A stretch of DNA of 64,000 nt from Lingula anatina (lineage: Eukaryota > Animalia > Brachiopoda): contig CM120640.1 of the NCBI GenBank assembly GCA_051362555.1, positions 46,850,788-46,914,787 of the forward strand, in the 5' to 3' direction. Under the pieces are notes generated by a model. It did not search any database, was not told the origin of the DNA, and saw only the letters and a list, made by a program, of their open reading frames with translations. Below, in pieces: positions 12,101-24,056 of this stretch. Position 1 is the stretch's first letter; each line of letters opens with the position of its first letter. The translations under genes and the position numbers were made by a program.

Positions 12101-15100
12101 GTAAATTCTACTTTTCCCCTTTTTAAAAAATAAATAAATAAATAAATAACTTTCTGATCAATTTTCAAAAATATTGGTCTTATGCAGAACTTTTTGTCTC
12201 TTTTATAAGCTATTTTATATGAAAGCAAACTCTGTCTAACATAACTCAACTGTTTTAATTTTACCACAACATGAATTAATTATCTTAATTTGATACATTT
12301 TGTATTATCAGTAACCTACCTTTCTTTTCTTCTGGCTTCTTCTCTGAAAATATAATTAAACTGAAATTGATGAAAATGGCTTACTTTCAATTTTACTCAA
12401 AATAAAACTTTGAATAACTAAAAATCAAAAGCTATTGCTTTAGTTAAACCTCTTAACTTCATTGTATTACATTGCACAAAGTGCTCATTATGTTACTTAT
12501 TCACCTTCTGGCTTTTTCTTTTCTTCCGGTTTCTTCTTATCCTCTGGTTTCTTTTCTTCTGGCTTCTTTTTTTCCTCTGGCTTCTTTTTTTCCTCTGGTT
12601 TCTTTTCTTCTGGTTTTTTCTTTTCTTCAGGCTTCTTTTCTTCTGGCTTTTTCTTTTCCTCTGGCTTTTTCTTTTCTTCGGGTTTCTTTTCTTTAATATA
12701 GATTGCACATTTATGTTAAAAATCAGAGCAAACTTATCACATATTTAAATCCAACCCAATGAAAATTAAATTTTATCTACCCTACATTATTTTCTAACAT
12801 TTCATTAATTAAGCAATGTAAATGTGACATATACATGTATTAGATCTACTTTTCATTCACTCAAATTGTGTCAATCTCAAAAGGAACTGAAATATCCAAC
12901 AGCTCAAATATGATTCACCAAAAAAAAAAAAAAAAAAAAAAAAATCCTGTGGAATGAAAAACATGGTTACACAGTGTCCACTTTAATGCCCGGATGTTAT
13001 GAAAACAAAATGCATTTCTTTGTTCATGCATATATGCATTTTATATTTGGTCAAGTATCTGAATACATTGTGCAATGCAAAAATGTTACAACATATAATT
13101 GCAATGTTTCTCCATCTCCTGGTAATGAATATGTTTGCAGAAAAGGGAAGCCATGTCCATACTTAAGTGTGAGCAATAGACAAAAAAAGACAAAAAAATA
13201 ACATTTACTAGTATCATCACTTCCTGCAAGACAACTGGCAACAAAATTATATGTAAAAAGCCTTGCTCTGTTTTAGCACTGAACAGTTAGTAAGCAATTA
13301 GCAATATAAAATACAGTATGTAAACATAAGTTAGGGTTATAATAAGAGTACAGACCAAATAGTAAACCCTTTTTTATAAATACATGTCAACAAATTGCTT
13401 GGGATCCATGAAATTGAATGAGATTTTTCTCCATTACAAAATCCATGCTTTCTTATTGTGGTCAATGGCAAATACTGAAATTAACAGGGTAAAGAGATGC
13501 TGAATCATAATATAAAATGAACATATTAAACAAACATGCAACAGAAATCAAATATTTCATTACATATTAGTAAAAGAAATGTGAATAACTGCTGAGGTAC
13601 CTGGTGCTTTCTTTTCCTCTGGCTTGTCTGCTGAAATAGAAACATCATGGAAAAAATAACACAGTATACTAAAATATACATGTGTATATTAGTATGGTGT
13701 CTTCCTTGACACTATCAGATAATTTGGTATCGCAGACACAATATTACTGTTTATTTTTATGTCGGCATCAAATGCTAAGTAAATGTTTGTTTGTTTGACT
13801 TTCAAAATTGACTTCTGCTGCTGATTCTAAACATGTTACCTTGCTTTACCTTGCATGTATGGAATCAATGCTTGTATTAGAGTATTCATTTTGAAATGAA
13901 TCTATCATGTAAACAGGTATGAAAGAGGAAACATGCACGGAATAGTAAAGGTATGCTTGTCAAAAGCTGAGGAAGTACACACAGAGAGTTACAAAATGAA
14001 TTCAAGATGAACACTTTTTAATCAAGTGTTTTGAAAACAATCATTTTTATATATTAAACATACTTAAGAGTGCAAGATAGATTATCAACATCCCTTTTAT
14101 TGGCTGGGGGAGGAATAAAATGCTGTGAAAAAAGCAGGACCTGTTTCACAAAGAATTTTCAAGTCAAGATAACAAGCTTATTTGTTCTTTTTAAAAAAGT
14201 CTTTGGAGGCCGCTTAAGGTATTTCCATACTGCATGTATAGAGGGAGCCACTGCAGCATCAAGCTCTCCTGCACTGGAGGACAATATAAGCATGCACTTC
14301 CTCTAGTCACCAGCTTTTATTTACCATGTGCTGTGTTGTTTTGAAATTATAAATCCCTAAAGATGAGTAATATTCCACCCAGAAAGGCTGGCAAGTTCAT
14401 TTCACAGGGCAAACAGAACCTAAATAGAACCCCCTCCCAAGAATCCCTGGATCCCCCCTGTCTTTCATTATATTCTCAATTATGAAATATTCAGCAACTA
14501 AATATAGTGAGAAATACCATGAATGCTACTTTGAGGGCTATAGAGTTGAAGTGATGTATATTTGGGGCTTGAACTGAGGTGACATTACATTTTTCGGCAT
14601 TTTTTGCCTTTTTTTGATAATTTCAATTGACTATATTTCAATATTTAGCCTGATGACCTACTATTTTTTTAACATCATGTCATGAAGTACTCATAGGAGA
14701 GTGTTTTTGCTCATTTTCATGAAAATTAAATTCAGGGATTGGGTACAATGACCAATTTTGTGTAAAATTGTTGGTTTCCAAACTGGCCACCAGGTGGCGT
14801 AGAAACATGATGAGGTCAGTTCTAAAAATAGAAACAACAATAAATGTATGAAAAAATGTAAAAATATTCTCTTTTCTCTTCATTAAAATCTTAACAGGTG
14901 TAATTATCCCCCTCAGGAGTGATATACTGGGCCTGAAAACTTATTTATATAGAGGCGCTGCGATATCCAATTCTAGCATTTTAGTCCATATTTCAGTTGG
15001 CTGTGGTGAGGAAACTAAACCGGTGACCATATCAAAAAAAATCATTTTTATTACCAGTTTCACCTGTACTTCATTGGTGCAAAGTTTGGAGACAATTAAA

Positions 15101-17612
15101 TTAGAGAATCTAAAAGTATGGAAATACCTTAAGTATTTTTTTGGTCTTAAAACTCTACTACAGGAGATCATTTGAAGACAATACAAATCTTGACTGGCAT
15201 AGTCTTATCTTCTGACTAATACCTGGCATGGTATTAATCAGACCTGTTCATGGTAGCAGAGCTTTCTCTTGGAACACATTTTTCATCAAATGGTCTTAAA
15301 CTGCTTTGACTTTATGTGGTCATTTGAGTTCAGCAGCATTTATCGACTCAAATACTTTGTGAAACAGGGTCCAGGAAGGTGTAAATGTCAAAGTTCAGAA
15401 TCACTGCATTCAAATCTGTGTAGAGAGAAATGAAAGTTAAGAGAAACAAAAACATCCCAGGTTTAAATCATCAGTAACAAATTTCTTCAAACATTACTAA
15501 TAATTCAAAATTTAATTTACAAGTAATGTATAAAGAGATTTGTGATATGATAAAAGGGGATAGAAAACTGATCTATAAAGATTCTACTGCAGAACACCAT
15601 TCTGAAAACGGACATCAATGCTTATCTATGTCAACTTGTTAAAAAAAAGTTTTGCAATACTGAGAGTGAGGCTGTTAAAACTGTTATGTGCACTGTCCCA
15701 CAGTGACATTTAATGCTGAAAGTGCAGTCTTCATTAAAGCAGAGGAAAAATCTGACAATGCAAATACCTAAGCCAATCCTGTTTGTTGCCTTGAAATGTC
15801 TTAACCTTACCAGGCTTTTTCTCTTCTGGTTTTTTCTTCTCCCAAGGTTTCTTTTTCTCCTCTGGTTTCTTTTCTTCTGGTTTCTTTTCCTCAGCTTTCT
15901 TTTCCCAAGGTTTCTTTTTCTCTTCAGGTTTCTTTTCTTCTGGTTTCTTTTTCTCTTCAGGTTTCTTTTCTTCTGGTTTCTTTTTCTCTTCTGGCTTCTT
16001 TTCTTCTGGTTTCTTTTTCTCTTCTGGCTTCTTTTCTTCTGGTTTCTTTTTCTCTTCTGGTTTCTTTTCCTCAGGTTTCTTTTTCTCTTCTGGTTTCTTT
16101 TCCTCGGGTTTCTTTTTCTCTTCAGGTTTCTTTTCCTCGGGCTTCTTTTTCTCTTCAGGTTTCTTTTCCTCGGGCTTCTTTTTCTCTTCTGGTTTCTTTT
16201 CCTCGGGCTTCTTTTTCTCTTCTGGTTTCTTTTCCTCAGGTTTTTTCTTTTCTTCAGGCTTCTTTTCCTCTGGTTTCTTTTCTTCAGGTTTCTTTTCCTC
16301 AGGTTTTTTCTTTTCTTCAGGCTTCTTTTCCTCTGGTTTCTTTTCTTCAGGTTTCTTTTCCTCAGGTTTTTTCTTTTCTTCAGGCTTCTTTTCCTCTGGT
16401 TTCTTTTCTTCAGGTTTCTTTTCCTCTGGCTTCTTTTTCTCTTCTGGTTTCTTTTCCTCTGGTTTCTTTTCTTCAGGTTTCTTTTCTTCAGGTTTCTTTT
16501 CCTCCGGTTTCTTTTCTTCAGGTTTCTTTTCCTCAGGTTTCTTTTCTTCAGGTTTCTTTTCCTCTGGTTTCTTTTCGTCAGGTTTCTTTTCCTCGGGTTT
16601 CTTTTCTTCAGGTTTCTTTTCCTCGGGTTTCTTTTCCTCAGGTTTCTTTTCTTCAGGTTTTTCCTCCTCAGGCTTTTTCTCAGGTTCGGGTTCTGAGAAA
16701 AAGAGTATACTTTTACACTATCATTTTAGGATAAAGGGCATCTTAACAGATCCAAGCACATATTGATAATTTTAAAAAATTTGAAAAATGAAAATAATCC
16801 CAAAGGTATGATGATCAGGTGGAGGAACCTCTAGGAACAAGCTGGACTGAAAGGAAAATTTGATAAGGGTAAAGGGTTTAAGTACTAATGCATTAATCAT
16901 TTATCCAAGGAAAGAAACTCAATTCTTGATCATACTTATCTGAAAATAATCAACAAAAACATATAAGGGGTATAGGTAGTCATCAAATAGTGGGTATATA
17001 TCTATTAAATTAAGGAGTAATCTTCTTGAAAAGAGGGGAAGGTGCAGCAGGACAATAAAAAGGATGGGTGATACATGGACTTAAGTAATAGTTGGTAGCA
17101 AGTCAGGGAGACTGCACAGCAAAAGGGGGGGGGAAGACTACCTAACCTGGTGCTGGGAGTTTTTGGATGTCTGCTTCTGCAGTATCAACTGTCATCTGAG
17201 CAGTCATCTGTAACTTGGCAGCAGCAGTTTCCTGCGATTTCTGAAATTCTGTTTCAGCAGTGCTTGTTTCAAATGTCATTTGAGCCATGGCTGTTTGTGC
17301 AGTAGGAGCAGGCTCTGATTTCTGAAATTCTGTTTCAGCAGTACTAGTTTCAAATGTCATTTGAGTTGTGGCTGTTTGTGATGTTGGAGCAGGCTCCGGA
17401 AGTTTTGAAACTTCTGCTTCAGTGGTACTGCTTTCAAAGGTCATTTGGGTAGTCATGGACGCTGATATTTTTAAGGAAAGAATTCTAAATCCTCAGACAG
17501 ATCCCATAGTCCTTATAACTTATTAACACATTATCTAATCATTACTGAGTTTTGAATAACTCTAGTATTCTAATCTTTACATCCCTTCTGTTAAATATTT
17601 ACTGAAAAGTCT

Positions 17613-17687
<75 letters not shown>

Positions 17688-20600
17688 ACAGAAACAATTT
17701 AGGAGCACAATACATACTTAAAAGAGGAAACAGAATAAAATAATATATCAAATAATAAACAGAAAATAATACAAACCAAGCCACACATAAAAACAGAAAG
17801 TTTCAATGAGAATTGTATCCAAATGTATCATTATTTCAAAAGATGGGAAACACATCAAAACCTGGTACCTCTGTCTAAGCAGGATGAGAGATTTTATATA
17901 CATGCAGACATGTTTGCTTTAAAGGTTGGAGTAGAAAGTGGGTTGGGCCAGTGAATAAAAGAACTATTATATTTATTAATGTGTTCAAGTGAAAGGAGTT
18001 TAGAGTTAGGAAAAAGGGCATGGTTTCAGCAGAAGGCCAGCAACAATTCAAATCAATCTAAATACCTCTTTTTTTCAGTGAAATTGTTTCTTTGTTATCA
18101 CTTGTAAAAAGTCTGTAGCCATCTTTGACTAAGATTATCATATACAACTAATTTATTATTTGAAATATAGCAAGGAAGGGATAATGGCCACTTGTTATTA
18201 GAAACACACCATTTAAAGACTACTGCTGCAATTTCAATTTGAAACATAACAGCTACGACCATTTGACATTGTATCATATATGGCACTTTGTTGCTAAAAC
18301 AAATTTATCAATACCATTTATGTCTGATTTACTGATTGGTAGCTTACTTTACAACACTGACAATACTGCATCAATGAACAAGTTTCACAAATTACCATTT
18401 GAAATTGCAACATTGATCCAAAAACCTAAGCAGTTATGGGAAGCCAAATGGGAAGCAAAAAGAACCATCTACAAAATGGTTCTAACCTGGGTTCTGCCAG
18501 TTTGGGTTCCATGATTTTTGCAACCCCAATCTCAGCACTGTCAAACTCAACTGAAATGGTACTTATCTCAGCTACAATACTACATGTAAGGTGTTACATC
18601 AGTGAAAAACCTAAGCAGTTATGGGAGGCCAATATCAAAAGAACCACCAACAAAATGGTTCTAACCTGGTTCTGCTGGTTTGGGTTCCTCAGTTTTTGCA
18701 ACCCCAATCTCAGCACTGCCCATCTCAACCTGAGTTGTACTTATCTCAGCTATGAAAGGAATGAAAGGATTGTGCATAATTGAGAAGACTTTGTACCTGT
18801 GCTCCCTGGTTTGTTATTTGAATTGCATGAATACTAATTGTTATATGTTTGTGCTGCTGGTCATTTATTGCACCAAAAACTAATACTTTTGTTTCAAACT
18901 GAACACTTTTGGCTTGCTCATTCCTTTGAATTACCCCTTGTTTTACATTTACATCAGTTAATTTGCAATGTCTCTGATGCACTTAATATAAAATACATTT
19001 TTCTAACAAAATTGCATACATTATGCCTGAAGTCACATTTCCCATAGTTTTACATTTAGAATTGTTTACAGAATACCAGTAATTTGTAATATCTTTGAAA
19101 GATTGCTAATAAATATAACCATAGTATTTTTCTGCCTATTGAGTAGAAAACTGTTTCTCACCTTTGCCTACACCTATCTGCATCTGAGTTGTCACAGAAC
19201 TGTCTTCAGCTACAGAGAGTATTGGCAGAAATTTTAGTATTAAGGAAAAATTATATGACATGTGGAAATACATGGCAAAATATTGATAAAAAGTCTAAGG
19301 GGATATAGCACTTCTGATTATTTGTTGGTTAACTCCATGAGGTGCATCTTTTGAAAATATAGCTTGTTCATTTTTATATCTATTTATATAATACTGCCTG
19401 TGAAACAGCTTTAATAACCCTACTTTGCTTTTCTACCATAATCATAACATATGATATTCTCACCTGCGCCTACCCCTATCTGCATCTGAGATGTCACAGA
19501 GCTGTCTTCAGCTAGAGAGAGGATTAACCAGAAATAAAAAAAATGCCATGGTAGCATTTGCTTTTGTGATAGTATCTGCTGTCCACGATTCAAAGTATAT
19601 CTCTGTAAGACCCATCTTTTAAAATGTAATTTGATTCTTTATAGTTTTATAAGATACTCTGAACTACATATGAACCATTATTTCACTTTTCAACCAATTA
19701 ATAATAAAATTCTCACCTGTGCCCACCCCTATCTGCATCTGAGATGTCACAGTGCTGTCTTCAGCTAAAGAGAAGATGAACCAGAAATTTTGAAAAACAC
19801 TATGATCGTTACAGGTGGAAAAAAAATGTAATGCTGGCATTTGCTTCAGATTTTGGAAACAGATACCCAAATGATAATACAAAATCTAAGGCTTGGTGAT
19901 GGTCCTGCCCATCATTTGATGGATGACCCTGCAAAACTCATCTTTTAAAAGTAACTTGATTTTTTTATAGTTTATAAAATACTTCAAACTATCTGTTACA
20001 CATTTCCAATTTAACTTTATTTTATTTTTTGGCCAATCAATCATAAATTTCTCACCTGTGCCCACCCCTATCTGCATCTGAGATGTGACAGTGCTGTCTT
20101 CAGCTAAAGAGAAGATTGACCAGAAACTATTCAAAATGGTTTATCAGTAGTTTCAGCTGAAAAACCTGTTAGTCTGACTTAACATACTGTCACAACATGA
20201 ATGAGTGATATATATATATATGCTATATCATATGTTGTTATGCTACTAAATCTGCATATTTTATAATAGCGTAGTGAAATGAAAGTAACTTGTCCCAGAT
20301 GCTCACCTGTTCCAACACCTATCTGCATCTGACTTATCTGAGAACTATCTTCCGTACAAGAAGACAAAAATTACATTTTAAATACTCAACTGGGATATTA
20401 AATAATGTCCAAAGAGGGAGCACTATTATTTACCTTTAAATTATTACAGATATTACAGATATTGTACTAATTATAAGCTATTTAACTCAAATGATGACCT
20501 CATTTGTATGTTGACATTCCTTAGTTGAATACATGTATATTCATTGAAACTGCTTTTGGCTGGTGTTTTTTGTTCTGCTTTTCATTAAAATAACAAAGTA

Positions 20601-23600
20601 TTTTTTATAAATTTGTTCAGCTTTGTTGTTACTTTAGTGTCATAATGTATTGATGTAGTAAGAAGTCCCAGACTCTCACCTGCTCCCATCTGTATCTGCA
20701 TTTGACTCATTTGTGAGCTGTCTTCTACAGAAAGTGGCAAAAGAAAGAAAAAGTAGCAGAATACACTAAAAAACTAAAACTATAAAAACCAAAGTAATCA
20801 TTTACCAAAATGAAATCCTAACTCAGTAATATAAAAGAAATAAAAGCAATAAACTTAAAACAATATAAAAAACAATACTGAATATATTCAAATAACTAAA
20901 AACATAAACAAAACACCAGGTATAGACATGCCTTTTGTAAATGATATTATTCACATGCACTCATTTAGACAAACAATCAGACAGATGTAAGACCCCTTGA
21001 TCTACACACTTTTATGTGCAATACCAAATATGATAATTGCACAATGAAATTCTGCACATCCATACAAAATAAAATATGAGGTTGCTTTTTTTCAGTACAA
21101 AGTAGTTGTCAGATTTCTCTCGACTCCTTGACTAAAGCATTTTATTCCAGTCATCTTCCATTTGCTGTACTGAAGGTGCCATAGTGACATTTATCATGGT
21201 GTGGTGTTCAACTGATTGTAAGCCCCATTCAGCTTCATGTAATGTTTAAGATCTGTTCCTTCACTGTATTTTCCTTCATGGCCTTAACATGTATCTTATC
21301 CACAAATCACAGAAAGAATGGTTACAAAAAAAAAACATTTTAAAGCTGAAATGTGCATAGTAATGGATCATTTCTGACTGATTTGATATCCTGTTTCCAA
21401 GGTTTTCCTCCCTAAGCAAAGCACTGGTTCTGAAATCCTATATAGAACAAATGAAAATGTATTAGTAAAGGGAATATGTATATATCAGTTTACCCAGAAC
21501 AGCACTTACCTTCATCCTTGCCAACCTTCAGCTTTGACAGGAGCTCTGGAAAGGCAAATAAATAGAATTTATAGGATGACAGGGTCACAGAAATACTAAA
21601 TTTTGCTCATTAAATTTGTTGCTAATAAAATATGAGTACCACAAACAATGATGTCCATCTTAATGACTAATAATAAATAATTAATGTTTTAATCTTTTTC
21701 ACGTAATGAAATGGATATTTGTTGACTCAATTAAACTTAGCATTGTTTTAAAATAAAAGATTGAAGGATATGCAGGACCTAACTTTCATTATAATTTTTT
21801 CATCAAACTTAAAGGCATAGATACACAGTTCTCATACCCAAATCCTAAAACATAATTAATGCACTTTGATTATGCTCAACCCTAACTATATAGAGGGGTG
21901 TAAACAGAAACCATGAAGAATCAAATTACCTGAAATGTTAATGTTGATATTGGCTGTGGCTTCTCCAGCTGTGTTCTTCACTTTGCACACATAGGCACCT
22001 GAATCAGCATTGGACACCTAGAGGATGATAACAAAAATAGATGATTACTCAAAACAAATTACAACATGTCTAATATAACATAATATTTGTTTACAACTAT
22101 GTGCAAGGCAATATTACTTATAACATTGATTTTTTCAGCAGCAGCACATGCAAGCACTAAATAGCTCTTTCAATTAAATTGGCTCATATCATCCCTTAAT
22201 TTCAAAAGCATATTGCTATGAAATGACAAAAAAGGTATTTTGGATTTAAATTGTTTTTAATTCTTTCAACATTATGCAAATAGTTTGAATGCAAAAACCT
22301 CACTACTTTCCAACACATAGCTTATTTCAGTTCATTACACATTTTCTTACATCATCAATTTCCATCACAATAACATAGCCCTCTCCTTCTCTAGCAATAT
22401 CCAGGAAATAACGGCCACCATCTTTGATGGGCTTTCCTTTGAAAGACCAGTTAGCTTGTGGCTTGTTAGTGGACATGATCTTGAACTCTATGACCATACG
22501 GCGGCCTCCGTCTTCCAGTTTAATGCTGGGTTTTTCTGGAATTACTGGTTTCACTTCTTTGGGTCTGGTAAAAATAAAACAATTGTTTAAATTTAAATGT
22601 TCAGAAATACTTAGATTTACACAGTTGTTTGCATGTGTTTTGCAAATAAAAATCATGCTCAGTAGTTAATGTAATCTTGTGCTGAACCAGGAAATTTCAT
22701 AGACAATAATTACAATAACAGTTTTTTAATACTTGTATACAAATTCTCTTTCAGAGTTTAAGTAGTAGAATCCACCATCCAGTATAAATGCGGATGTGAA
22801 TTTACATGTAGGTATCTGTCTGTTTAAGCAATATCCTTACCCCTCTAGGTTTAGATTGATGTTGGCGCTCCCCTCACCATGATCATTCTTAGCCACAACT
22901 TTGTACTGGCCGCCATCTTGGTCAGAGAAATTCTGAAATAAAGTAAATAAAAGACTTTAAATTATAAAATAAATTGAAAGACTAACAATTTTAAGTATAT
23001 GTTCAAATGGGATAGAATATAATGTGAAGAGGCTTCTAATTTCCAAGATTTTTAAAGAGAAAAAAGTCTAATTAATCATCTTAGTAAAAGCTAAAAGTAT
23101 TTTATTGCTTACTTATTTCTGGTAATGGACTGAAGACAAACATTAGTTTGTTTAAACATTTTCAAGAACTACAAGTCCAATTAAATGAGGTTGTCTAAAA
23201 TCTTACAGCCACATCCAGAGTGATAATCCAGATTTCTCCCTCTTGTCTAATCTTCAACTTGTGTCTGACTCCTTCTTTGATAATAGTGCTGCCTTTATAC
23301 CAGGTTATAGATGGCTGAGGGTCAGCTGTACAGCGGCATTCTATGGTTAGGTTTTTGCCATCTTGACTCACTTTGGGCTTTTCTTTAAAGGAGGGGCCAC
23401 CACCTTTCTTTTCTTGGCCTGTAAGGGAATCATAAAATACTCTTAGAATGATAGAAGAGAGAAAATGAGTTAAACACGTATTCATTAAAAGTGTACCTAT
23501 ATCTTTAGATGATACAAGGGTGATTAAAAGTAGATATAATTAAGAAATAATTAAAGCAATGATATTGTTTCAATAACAGTGTTTCCCTGAAAAATTTATG

Positions 23601-24008
23601 CATTAGCTTTATCTATAATATACCAGTGAAGATTCAGAAATGGTGAAGTGAGGGTGAAGGTCATCTGCCAGTAGACAAAAAGGTGTATGCTTGACAGTTT
23701 AACTTGACATAAGATACTTCTCTTCTGATGTGTTTGACACATGGGAGAAAGCTATTTCGCCAGACATAAACACAACAGGAGCACTTATTTTTTTTCTTTT
23801 TGGGATGAAACATATAGCTAGGCAAACTTTCCACAAATGCCAAATAATATGACTTAAAATAAAATAAGCAGAATTGACAATTCAAAAGCCTGGAGTTTGA
23901 TTATTTTTACTTTGATTAAAGCATGATTAAAGCAAATATTACGCAGCCTGCAAAAACAAATTATGTACCCAAAAGAAATGATCCGATTTAAGAAGCACAC
24001 ACTGAATG

Positions 24009-24056
<48 letters not shown>

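Noticed and set aside
15713-16696. 327-aa Phe/Leu-rich plus-strand ORF resembling a membrane protein
   Set aside because: Antisense shadow of the (KKPEE)n exon; the repeat simply lacks stops. The same applies to plus-strand ORFs at 12462-12701, 10205-10399 and 6965-7225
19162-20724. Regularly spaced 48-bp repeats resembling a CRISPR array
   Set aside because: Eukaryotic context; the repeats are AG/GT-bounded in-frame exons, and the spacers are long, partly homologous introns
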